Of a DNA stretch of 60,444 nt, positions 24,795-33,278 are shown one piece after another. Location: positions 1-60,444 of the forward strand of contig CAZXRG010000001.1 of the NCBI GenBank assembly GCA_964642935.1, written 5' to 3'. Made by a program: the position numbers and the translations under genes. Under the pieces are notes generated by a model that was given only the letters and a program-made list of their open reading frames with translations, ran no database searches and was not told the DNA's origin. The DNA is from an uncultured Rhodobacterales bacterium. Lineage in GTDB: Bacteria > Pseudomonadota > Alphaproteobacteria > Rhodobacterales > Rhodobacteraceae. Numbering within the stretch: position 1 is the first letter of the stretch; the number at the start of each line of letters is the position of its first letter.

Positions 24795-25928
24795 ATGGGG
24801 GCGAGAAGCATAAAATCAGGGGTCATTGCAGCAGCCGCACTGAGTGGGGCTGCGCTCACATCTGGTGGGGCACTGGCCGAAACCGGCTGGCGCGTAAACG
24901 GAAGTGTATCCGAAAGGATTTCGATCACTGGGAGCCAGCTCTCGTCTCTGACCAGTGTAAACCTCGCGGCCTTGTCTGAAACAGAGCGTATGCGCTTTGG
25001 CGTCAATACTGGTTTTGGACTGGCTGTCGGCAGCGGTGGCGGGCTTAATGCTATTTTGCCCAGTCTTGGGGTGAATTTCGGCATTGATAGCAAACGGATG
25101 TCGATCAACACGAGCGCCTCGCTGCGGTTCAATTCTATCACCTTCGAGGAAGAAGATGACGGGGTTGATCTCACCACAACCCAAGTGAGTGGTATTCGCC
25201 GCTCTTTAGGGGCGAGCATTCGGGGCAATTACGACATTTCGTCCCGCTTGACCGGCTCGCTTGGATATTCTTATTCAGACGTGTCGTATAATGAAATATC
25301 CGACGCGTTGTCCCCGTCTGTGACCCACAATATCACGGGATCCGTCAGCTTTGACGCGGCCAAAGATACGGCCGTTGTTGCCAGTGTCGGCGCGCGTTGG
25401 TTTGACGCCGACAATGTAAACAACTCCAAAAGCTTCACGCTGGATGGCACTGTGCGGGTGTCTTATGAAGCCACATCACGCATTTCAGTGGATGCGGGCG
25501 CAGGCATCACATGGGCCAACAGCCAAGATGATATCCTTGGTCTGCGCAGAAAAAGCAAAAGCACTGCATTTCTGCTCAATGGTGGGATAAGTTATGGCTT
25601 GCCCGATGGCACGATACGCCTTGGGTTGTCGCAGCGCGTTGCGCCAGAAGCCAGCACCGGCTTTTTGTCCCGGTTCAATACATTGAACCTTGGATATACT
25701 CATGCGTTCAACAATACGACCCAACTGGGGCTGAATCTGGCTTGGTCTGATCAAAAGACGATTCCAACGAATACAAGCCTATCCCAGTTCTCGATCAACC
25801 CTTCGATCATCTGGACACTTGGCAGTGACCTAGAAGCCCGTGTTGGATATAGCTATCGTCAGCGAGATAGCGATGACACCCATCGCTTGGATTTTGTTAT
25901 CACCAAGAGCTTTGACAGAGGGCTGTAA
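24795..25928 (+). CDS. Putative outer-membrane beta-barrel protein partnered with the OPX protein
   Basis: 377 aa with a signal peptide (AAAALSGAALTSGGALA). Alternating hydrophobic/polar strands rich in G/S/T/N/Y run throughout. The gene starts 15 nt after the OPX gene, with AAGGAAAA as SD. Confidence 0.55.
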   Translation: MGARSIKSGVIAAAALSGAALTSGGALAETGWRVNGSVSERISITGSQLSSLTSVNLAALSETERMRFGVNTGFGLAVGSGGGLNAILPSLGVNFGIDSKRMSINTSASLRFNSITFEEEDDGVDLTTTQVSGIRRSLGASIRGNYDISSRLTGSLGYSYSDVSYNEISDALSPSVTHNITGSVSFDAAKDTAVVASVGARWFDADNVNNSKSFTLDGTVRVSYEATSRISVDAGAGITWANSQDDILGLRRKSKSTAFLLNGGISYGLPDGTIRLGLSQRVAPEASTGFLSRFNTLNLGYTHAFNNTTQLGLNLAWSDQKTIPTNTSLSQFSINPSIIWTLGSDLEARVGYSYRQRDSDDTHRLDFVITKSFDRGL

Positions 25929-25990
25929 AGCGCTCTGATCGACTGAGGATTTCCTCATCCCCGCTTACAGTGCGGGAGGTGATATGCGCG

Positions 25991-28900
25991 TCAGGCATCC
26001 ACCATAACTCCGATTCGATTTATAAATTCAGGCCCTGTTCCTGCATTGGTCGTCGCATTCCATGACGCTGCATTGCCCTCTTTAAGGGCGTAAGGCGCGC
26101 CAAGAACAGACGTATCGGGTGTGTTTGTATAGCTCTGCCAAACCGCTAGTTTTTCGATCCGGCCATGCATCGCATCATTGCCTGTCTTGCCAAACTGAAT
26201 GGCCCGATCAATGATCAAAGGACCCCCAGGATCCGTAAAGGACGGTGTCATCACTGTTTGAAAAACACCTGCCTCATCTTTCAGCCATACAGTCGCCGTT
26301 TCAGCAATGCGATCGATGCTGGCAACCAGATGAACCTGACGCATACGATCCATGGTATAGCCAAGAGGGACAGTGCCTTCAGGGGAGCGCTTATTAAAAA
26401 GCGTTGTCTCGCTTCCAGATTTCATCAGCCATTGAATATCGCCTTCCCTGTCAATTCCAAAAATCAACCGATTGGCAGGAGTGCTAACAAGCACATGCTT
26501 GTCATCTGTAAACGTGAGCGACCCTTTGAACTCCATTGTCAGTGTATCAGAGCTATAATCTTCGCTCACTTCAACCTCAAAGCCGGCAATTGGTGAGCGC
26601 ACATGTGGTAGGATCGGCGTGGCACCTGCAATATTGTCTCCCCAGAACACCGCTTGAGGTTTCAGCGGGAGACCCTCATAGCCGCCCCCTGCACCGCACG
26701 TCACAATGGGCATATTGAGATGGCTTCCCGCAGTTTTATCTGCATCTTCCAGCACCGGAATAGATTGCCCATCCGCAAAGGTCAGACGGGCACCGTTTTC
26801 AATCACACCCGCATCTGGCGTGATGCGAATGATTCCGGCACTTGCATCATGGATGACTGCGCTGAACCCGCTTGGCAACAGACTATGCTCCAGGTTTTGC
26901 GCAAACTCAAAGCCCATCACTTCGGTATAATGTGGTTGCGCAGTTCCGATGTCAGCCATTCCACGCGCGATGCGTGTCGTAGTCAGTTGGCGGCCTGCCG
27001 GGATGGATACCTGCACATCAATATGGGTTTGTGACCAGGTCACACCTGTGATTTCCGGAATGCCAAGTTCGGTACCACTGTAATCATCAGAGATAACACC
27101 ATTGGCAAGATAAGCCGCCGCAAAGCCGTTGCGCAAAATGTGAGGGCGGCCGAATTCCTCGTTTTCCTCCAGATGGATTGTGCCACCAAGCTGGATCATC
27201 ACATTGTTTGAGTAAGGGCCCTGCTGAGCAACGATCGCCTGCATCGGCGTGGTTGCCAGCATGCTATCCAGTTTGTCCCGCATTTCATGACGCAAGAGCC
27301 GGTTGCGATCAAGCACCCCGTCTGTGTCAAGGAAGTTGTTCATACCATTCGTGAACCCATTCCCGAATGGCGTAGCGTAGACCATCTTTGTGCGTGTTTC
27401 ATTAAACAAGCCCCGCGCCTGACCGCTCAAGTCAAACAGCATGTGATCAAGGTTATAAACCCCACTCATATCAGCACCTGTCGCAACCGCGTTCCCCCCT
27501 GCATCAACACCCGTATAAAAAGGCAGGAAGATGCCTGTTGGATCGCTGGCAAGTTCGGGGCCATCCGCTGTGTGCCAGGTCTCGTAGATCAAGCCGATCT
27601 CGGACCCCGCATCCCGGATATGCTGGACAATAGCAGTAAGGTCCGCCCATTGACGCCCTGTATTGGCATCATCAGCCAATTCCCAACGGCCTGTGCCAGA
27701 ATGTGCAAGATCAACGAACATAGCGACACAATCAGACGTGCCAGCAACCATCTCTGAAAGATAGGAATATTCCTCATTGTAGGAATCCGCCTGCGTGATC
27801 GGGACAGTTGCCAAAGGCGCAACACCTTCAACGACACCTGTGACCGTCAACACTTCAGGACTTGTGAAGCTGCGTGTTGGCCCAGGGGATGTAGATTGCG
27901 CAAGTGGCGATTGCCCAAAAAAGGCAATCACGTCCCCCACCCCAAACTCACCTGCAGTCGTCCCACCTTCACTGGGGGTGGCGGCTTTTCGCACCTGCCA
28001 TTTGTACCAGTTCAGTGCGGCAGGAATATCTGCGATCGTGCTGGACAGATCTCCGGCCCCATCAGTGGTGCCAATGCTTACCCAAGAGGTCGCCAAGCCT
28101 GCACTGTCAATCGCGCGCGCCTCCAGTGCCGTGTTCGGGGAGGCCCCAGTCACGGCCACCGGAATATCCGCAGCATTGCCACCATTGAGCTTGTTGCGAT
28201 CATAAACCATGCGCGCAGAGGTTGGCTCATCCACTGCAAAGCTTTCATCAAGCGCAACTCCCCCGGTTGGGGTCACCGCCCTCAGTGGCCCTTGCGCCCC
28301 AACACCCTGTGCGTTTTGCGCCTGAAGGCCGATCTGGACTTCAACATCATCACTCAAGCCAGTGATCGCATAGGATCCAGTGCTCACAGAGCCAAGGCTG
28401 ACAAAGCTGCCCCCATCAACCGTATAGCCAAGATCTGTGATCGGGCTGCTGCCTGCATCGGGCAGCGTAGTGATGGTCACATTCACAGTCCCGCCGGTCC
28501 CGGCATCTACCAGGCTCCAATCTGCCAAGGTAAAGTCCCCAGGCACGGAGCTTGCAGTGCTTGGCACGGCGGACTTGCTGTCACTAGCAGGACCAGCTCC
28601 CAGGCTGTTCACCGCTCGAATGTCCAAAGTGTAAGTCGTGTCGTCGCTCAAGCCAGTGATTGGATAGTCCCCAGCCACAACACTGCCCAAGCTCACATAA
28701 CCCCCGCCATCAATCCGATACTGCAAATCAGTGAGCGCAAGGTTCCCGTCACTGGGCAAGCCAGTGATAGTCAAAACCAATGTGCCCCCGGTTGCATCAT
28801 CTGCAAGCGACCAGTCACTGCTGGAAAAAGCCGCGGGAAGGGAGCCCCCAAAACTGGGCGTGGCGGACTTGCTGTCACTGGCAGGACCAGCTCCCAAGCT

Positions 28901-31246
28901 GTTCACCGCCCGGACATCCAGCGTGTAGGTTGTGTCGTCGCTCAAACCAGTCAGCGGATAGTCCCCAAGCGCAACATTGCCCAGGCTCACATAAGCCCCA
29001 CCATCAATCCGATATTCCAAATCAATGAGCCCAAAGCCACCGCCGCTGGGCAAGCTATTGATGGTCAAAACCAAAGTCCCGCCACTTGCATCATCCGAAA
29101 GCGACCAGTCGCTGCTGGAAAAAGCTGCGGGAACAGAGCCACTAAAAGCGCTGGAAACATCATCAAAGCTCGCTTCCAGATCGAGGAAGAAATCCGTCAG
29201 GTCACTTCCATCATGGCCAATAAAGCGCCCCGCCTCATTGATGCACCCATGATCACTGCCCTGAACCCATGTTGACCCAGCCATAACAGCCGTTCCTGCA
29301 CCTGGTGTGAGAGCGCTAAAAAGGTTAGTAATGTCGCTGAAATCCTGCAGCCCATCCCAAGCTGGAAAATACGCTGAGAAATCGAAGAACTTGTCAGACG
29401 TAACATTTCCACCATCAACATCACTGCCATACATAAGCAGGCTCTCAGTGATGTTATTAGAAATCGTGTTCAGGTTATCCGTGCCATTATACCCGATTTG
29501 CATACGCACCCCACCAGAATGGGTGCCTTGAACCCGCTGAAGTGTGGAAAGCGCCATGTTCTGCGTATAGGTACTGGAATAAGAATAATCAGTGACGATC
29601 GCATTCAAACCACCGCCCACATCACAAATATTATTTGCGATGGTCGCGTTGAAATGCCCGTAGCCTGACGATGATTTTGTCGGGAACCAAATACATTGAT
29701 GGGAGTTTGCGCGAGCATCAACCCGCGATGTCTGCCCGGTCCAGAAAATATTGTCCCGCACGATCAGATTTTGCCAGTTTTCGCTCATCCCCGAGCCAAA
29801 CACCTGAATGCCATCGCGATGTGGGTTACCGTAATCTGACGAGCCGCACATACCTTGAGAAACAACATTGCGTTCAATCAGTGTTCTGGTGGTGGGGGGA
29901 ACGCCATCTATGGCAAATGTTTTTATGAAGTCATTGCGTTGGTTTCTCGCGATATTCCCACGCACAACGATCTCCTGAGTTGCAGAGACCTTTAGCGCCT
30001 GATTGAGGCGATCAAAGTTGTTCCCCTCAACATACATGTTCGTAAAGGCAGGTTGGCCTTCGATGCCATTGGCAATTGTATCATCCCCACCATAAAGCGC
30101 CGAAGAAAGGGTCGCCTGCCAGCCACCATCGCTGGTGATGAGTTGTCCGACCGCCCATGCCAAACCCTGATTGTCAGAACTGCCCCCATTTGATCCACCC
30201 GGGCTATCATCGACATAAACCGTCCCTGTGCCATCCCCATTGTCATGCACTTGGAAAACAGTCGTATACGCCCCGTTGTCGCCGCCGCCATCATTGTCAA
30301 TGCGCTCACCGACCTGTGGAAGCGCCGTGGCACCAGTATAATCAAGTTTCGCATACCAGATGTCAGGATCTATATTGATGCCTGGATGTCCCAGAAACCT
30401 GCAACCCTCAACGTAGAGACTTCCGTTAGGGGTGTTATTTTTCTCATAGTATAACCGGTGTATCTTTGAGGTTTCGATTTCATCTGAAGAAAATTCGATA
30501 TTCTGCACTTTAATCTCAGGACTGCCCCAACACGCTGAGATATAGATCTGACGCATTTTTGTGCCAGGACCATCAGCCGCGATGGTGACACCACTGGTAT
30601 ATGTGTGGCTCGGCAAAGTATGGAGCCCAAACCGAGCCTCCCGCAACTGGACCGTCTTGCCATCAAATGGAACGCTCGCGTCGCTTAAAAGCGTCGAAAG
30701 TTCATCATCTTTGGAGACTGAGAACGTATCAGGCAAAATCGTAATCATCTGAGTAGCGCCAGTATTCAGCGTCAAAACATACGTACCAGACAACACCCCA
30801 GAACCTGCAAGCGTGGGCAGTATCATCCCGTCTGAAATGGCGAAATGTCCCTCTGGATCCCCACCTGTGATGGACGTGGCCCCTTCAGGAGCCGCATACC
30901 CACCTTCAAACGGACGGGTAAGCGCCCCAAAAACCACTTCGCCAGCACTCGCAGCCCCATAAAGCTCCAAATTGACCGCTATATCTGCCTCGACAGTTCC
31001 GTCAGAGATAGTGGCAATCAAACCATCCGCGACATACTCTCCGATCTCAGGCACGCTGAAACCGCTATCATCAAAGGAAACGGTGCCATCGACCATCACA
31101 GTGACAGTCCCACCAACGGATATGGGAATAGCAACGCCCACAAGGGCTTCTTGCCCATTCACTTTGGTTATTGTCAGAAGGTCTGAATCCGCATCCACTG
31201 CGGCGTCCAGAATCGTCTTGTCGTTGCGTTCATTGTAAACGGTCAT
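25991..31246 (-). CDS. Giant (1751 aa) tailspike/fibre-like multi-domain protein: Ig/cadherin-like N-terminus, right-handed beta-helix, 3x FN3, SGNH/SASA-like segment, LamG/ConA-like C-terminus
   Basis: Single uninterrupted ORF with an ATG start and GGAG upstream. There is no signal peptide, RTX block or CTERM sorting tail. Beta-helix repeats span about aa 200-620 (GNPHRDGIQVFG...LIVRDNIFW). Three ~98-aa FN3-like repeats span aa 705-995. FFGQSPLAQ / IYETWHTADG lies at aa 1108-1229. A LamG-like segment spans aa 1560-1710 (IFGIDREGDIQWLM...VHLVASID...ATVWLKDEAG...GRIEKLAVW). Confidence 0.8.
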   Translation of the reverse strand: MTVYNERNDKTILDAAVDADSDLLTITKVNGQEALVGVAIPISVGGTVTVMVDGTVSFDDSGFSVPEIGEYVADGLIATISDGTVEADIAVNLELYGAASAGEVVFGALTRPFEGGYAAPEGATSITGGDPEGHFAISDGMILPTLAGSGVLSGTYVLTLNTGATQMITILPDTFSVSKDDELSTLLSDASVPFDGKTVQLREARFGLHTLPSHTYTSGVTIAADGPGTKMRQIYISACWGSPEIKVQNIEFSSDEIETSKIHRLYYEKNNTPNGSLYVEGCRFLGHPGINIDPDIWYAKLDYTGATALPQVGERIDNDGGGDNGAYTTVFQVHDNGDGTGTVYVDDSPGGSNGGSSDNQGLAWAVGQLITSDGGWQATLSSALYGGDDTIANGIEGQPAFTNMYVEGNNFDRLNQALKVSATQEIVVRGNIARNQRNDFIKTFAIDGVPPTTRTLIERNVVSQGMCGSSDYGNPHRDGIQVFGSGMSENWQNLIVRDNIFWTGQTSRVDARANSHQCIWFPTKSSSGYGHFNATIANNICDVGGGLNAIVTDYSYSSTYTQNMALSTLQRVQGTHSGGVRMQIGYNGTDNLNTISNNITESLLMYGSDVDGGNVTSDKFFDFSAYFPAWDGLQDFSDITNLFSALTPGAGTAVMAGSTWVQGSDHGCINEAGRFIGHDGSDLTDFFLDLEASFDDVSSAFSGSVPAAFSSSDWSLSDDASGGTLVLTINSLPSGGGFGLIDLEYRIDGGAYVSLGNVALGDYPLTGLSDDTTYTLDVRAVNSLGAGPASDSKSATPSFGGSLPAAFSSSDWSLADDATGGTLVLTITGLPSDGNLALTDLQYRIDGGGYVSLGSVVAGDYPITGLSDDTTYTLDIRAVNSLGAGPASDSKSAVPSTASSVPGDFTLADWSLVDAGTGGTVNVTITTLPDAGSSPITDLGYTVDGGSFVSLGSVSTGSYAITGLSDDVEVQIGLQAQNAQGVGAQGPLRAVTPTGGVALDESFAVDEPTSARMVYDRNKLNGGNAADIPVAVTGASPNTALEARAIDSAGLATSWVSIGTTDGAGDLSSTIADIPAALNWYKWQVRKAATPSEGGTTAGEFGVGDVIAFFGQSPLAQSTSPGPTRSFTSPEVLTVTGVVEGVAPLATVPITQADSYNEEYSYLSEMVAGTSDCVAMFVDLAHSGTGRWELADDANTGRQWADLTAIVQHIRDAGSEIGLIYETWHTADGPELASDPTGIFLPFYTGVDAGGNAVATGADMSGVYNLDHMLFDLSGQARGLFNETRTKMVYATPFGNGFTNGMNNFLDTDGVLDRNRLLRHEMRDKLDSMLATTPMQAIVAQQGPYSNNVMIQLGGTIHLEENEEFGRPHILRNGFAAAYLANGVISDDYSGTELGIPEITGVTWSQTHIDVQVSIPAGRQLTTTRIARGMADIGTAQPHYTEVMGFEFAQNLEHSLLPSGFSAVIHDASAGIIRITPDAGVIENGARLTFADGQSIPVLEDADKTAGSHLNMPIVTCGAGGGYEGLPLKPQAVFWGDNIAGATPILPHVRSPIAGFEVEVSEDYSSDTLTMEFKGSLTFTDDKHVLVSTPANRLIFGIDREGDIQWLMKSGSETTLFNKRSPEGTVPLGYTMDRMRQVHLVASIDRIAETATVWLKDEAGVFQTVMTPSFTDPGGPLIIDRAIQFGKTGNDAMHGRIEKLAVWQSYTNTPDTSVLGAPYALKEGNAASWNATTNAGTGPEFINRIGVMVDA
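28262..29134 (-). repeat. Three in-frame tandem 294-nt coding repeats (FN3-like modules)
   Basis: Repeat 1 is 29134-28841, repeat 2 is 28840-28547, repeat 3 is 28546 to about 28262. Copies 1 and 2 are about 80 percent identical at protein level by my hand alignment; copy 3 is about half identical. The antisense ORFs at 28437-28634 and 28731-28928 also repeat each other, which confirms DNA-level repetition. Confidence 0.85.
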
Positions 31247-31274
31247 AAGAGTAATCCGGCTCCTGGGAGGCTAA

Positions 31275-31415
31275 TCAGTTGGCAACAATATCAAATTGGA
31301 GCGTAATGACAGGCAACACGGCTGGGGCAGAATTTTCGCCACCACCACCGGTGCCCAATTGTTGGAATGCAGCATCTTGAGTCTGCAAATGTAATCCTAG
31401 GTTAAGCACTGTCAT
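31275..31415 (-). CDS. Unannotated 46-aa ORF between the spike-base-like gene and the giant fibre gene
   Basis: Below the 60-aa cut-off of the ORF track. Translation: MTVLNLGLHLQTQDAAFQQLGTGGGGENSAPAVLPVITLQFDIVAN. The upstream gene ends TAA, followed by AGAGGGGT and then this ATG (SD inside an 8-nt spacer). Its stop lies 28 nt before the giant ORF start. Confidence 0.35.
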   Translation of the reverse strand: MTVLNLGLHLQTQDAAFQQLGTGGGGENSAPAVLPVITLQFDIVAN

Positions 31416-31424
31416 ACCCCCTCT

Positions 31425-31682
31425 TTACCACTCAGCGATAAGCGCGCCAGCAGTTGTCCCCGTCGCCATAACACGGGCCGCCCGAATGACCTTGGTCCCC
31501 ACAAGATCCTTGTAGATAACATCCTGGCCATTCTGCATAAGAATCCGAACGTCCCCTTGGATCCCAACATAAATTGCACGGGTCACAAAGGGCAAATCTA
31601 CCGCATCAGACGGCGTGATCTGTTCAGCATTGGAAGGGGGGGCGGAAATATCCGTGGTATGATCTGCAAAAGTATCGGTCAT
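31425..31682 (-). CDS. Small phage/GTA spike-base-like protein (resembles the family named after RcGTA head-spike base Rcc01079)
   Basis: 85 aa. ...AEQITPSDAVDLPFVTRAIYVGIQGDVRILMQNGQDVIYKDLVGTKVIRAARVMATGTTAGALIAEW matches, from memory, the ITPSD..DLP...RA.YVG..GD...ATGTTA..L.A.W pattern of that family. It is the first gene of the three-gene operon. Confidence 0.5.
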   Translation of the reverse strand: MTDTFADHTTDISAPPSNAEQITPSDAVDLPFVTRAIYVGIQGDVRILMQNGQDVIYKDLVGTKVIRAARVMATGTTAGALIAEW

Positions 31683-31968
31683 AAAATGTTCCGTCAGTTA
31701 AAAGTAAATCAATTGGGTTTAATCGACTCCGGAATTACGACCCAAACCGTTTAGACACTGTGACAGCACGGCACGGACAAAACTGGAATTCCGCAACACG
31801 AGGTCTTGTCACAAATTCTCCCAATTCTGTCTGTAAAGCCCCAGATCAGGGCTGAATCTTGTAAAATTTGCAACTTTAAAAGCCTCTGCTATAGAGCGCA
31901 GAAACGTAGCCGCCTATCACTCGGATCAAGCGGATCATCTGCGTCATGCAAAATACGTTGTGGGCAAT

Positions 31969-32700
31969 ATGCTAAATTTCAAAGTGATCTGCGGCACCTT
32001 TATCGCCTTCACATGCGTGCTTTCCCTGCTTGGTGTCGCGCTGAAACGAGATGCGTATATCAAAGCCAAACTCAACATGGCTTTGGCTCCCCTTCCCACC
32101 AGCTCAGCAACGCCAGCACCAGACTGGGCCGCGAATACAACCCGAACCCTCTTCATCGGAGACAGCAGGATCGCACAATGGCCACTCCCCACGCCACCTG
32201 CGGGATACAGCTTTATCAATCGCGGCAAGGGTGGCGAAACCAGCCTGCACCTGACCCAGCGCCTTGCCCCAATCCTCACAACGCACCGCCCCGATCTTGT
32301 GATTCTGCAAATTGGCATCAATGATCTCGTTGCCGCCAGTCTTGCCCCAAAGCAAGCCCCTGTGGTTATGGCAAATCTTGAGACACATCTTGAGCAAATC
32401 ATCCAAACAATTCACGCCACTGACGCCCAGCTTATCCTGCTGACCATCACCCAGCCCGCGCGCCCTTCCTTCGTGCGGCGCAATTTTACCTGGTCACCGC
32501 GCATCCATCAGCACGCGACCCAAATCAATGAGATGATTTTAGCACAAGCGGCCCCACCTGTGGTCAAAGTCCTGGACACCAATGCGCTCTTTGAAGCCGG
32601 GTCAGGCCCCCTTGATCCCAAATGGGCCCTGGACGCGCTTCACCACACACCCAAAGCCTATTCCACGCTTTCCCAAGCTCTATTGCAGGAACTGACATAA
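31969..32700 (+). CDS. SGNH/GDSL-family hydrolase with N-terminal membrane anchor
   Basis: The track start at 31960 is GTG; the ATG is at 31969. Block I is LFIGDSRIAQW, block II is GKGGETS, block III is ILQIGINDL and block V is DALHHT. Confidence 0.75.
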   Translation: MLNFKVICGTFIAFTCVLSLLGVALKRDAYIKAKLNMALAPLPTSSATPAPDWAANTTRTLFIGDSRIAQWPLPTPPAGYSFINRGKGGETSLHLTQRLAPILTTHRPDLVILQIGINDLVAASLAPKQAPVVMANLETHLEQIIQTIHATDAQLILLTITQPARPSFVRRNFTWSPRIHQHATQINEMILAQAAPPVVKVLDTNALFEAGSGPLDPKWALDALHHTPKAYSTLSQALLQELT

Positions 32701-32702
32701 CA

Positions 32703-33278
32703 ATGATCACCATCGAACCACTCGCCATCCCGGATGTTCTGCGCATCACGCCGCCACGATTTGGGGACCAGCGTGGATTTTTCTCCGAAAGCTGGAATGC
32801 GGTTACTTGGGCTGCAGCCGGGGTGGACATTTCCTTTGTGCAGGACAACCACTCCTTTTCAGCACCCAAGGGCACCGTGCGCGGACTGCATTTTCAAGGC
32901 CCGCCCGCCGCACAAGACAAGCTTATCCGTGTGATCCAGGGCAGCATTATGGATGTGGCCGTTGATATCCGCGTGGGTTCCCCAACATATGGCCATTGGG
33001 TGAGCGCTGAGCTTACTGCCGAGAACGGCGCACAGCTTCTCGTGCCCAAAGGCTTCCTGCATGGCTTTGCCACGCTCAGCGATGATGTGCATGTGCTTTA
33101 CAAATGTTCCGATGTTTATGCCAAGGACACAGAAGGCGCTGTGCGTTTTGATGACCCGGATCTCGCGATTGATTGGGGGCTAGGGGATACAGCAGCCACA
33201 TTGTCTGACAAAGACGCCATCGCGCCCAGCTTTGCAGATCTCAAAAGCCCGTTCACATACCAAGGAGCCTCCGCATGA
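32703..33278 (+). CDS. rmlC: dTDP-4-dehydrorhamnose 3,5-epimerase
   Basis: The ATG at 32703 gives [35 protein letters not shown] and the [10 protein letters not shown] cupin motifs are present. ATGA overlap with rmlB. Confidence 0.93.
   Translation: MITIEPLAIPDVLRITPPRFGDQRGFFSESWNAVTWAAAGVDISFVQDNHSFSAPKGTVRGLHFQGPPAAQDKLIRVIQGSIMDVAVDIRVGSPTYGHWVSAELTAENGAQLLVPKGFLHGFATLSDDVHVLYKCSDVYAKDTEGAVRFDDPDLAIDWGLGDTAATLSDKDAIAPSFADLKSPFTYQGASA

Noticed and set aside
25929-25990. Short hairpins (TGAGGA-TT-TCCTCA and CCCGC-N7-GCGGG) between the convergent beta-barrel and fibre genes, considered as terminators
   Set aside because: The stems are only 5-6 bp, one loop is too tight, and no T-run follows on either strand. 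This is not enough to call a terminator.
28262-29134. Possibility that the 294-nt tandem repeats are a CRISPR-like or non-coding satellite array
   Set aside because: The period is an exact multiple of three. The repeats are in frame inside one long ORF, have no spacers, and translate to FN3-like modules.
27896-29275. 459-aa plus-strand ORF, with smaller ones at 28437-28634 and 28731-28928 that have near-identical peptides
   Set aside because: It is antisense to the 1751-aa fibre gene. The repeated peptides simply mirror the FN3 coding repeats on the other strand. The sequence is Arg/Pro/Ser-rich and low-complexity, with no start context.
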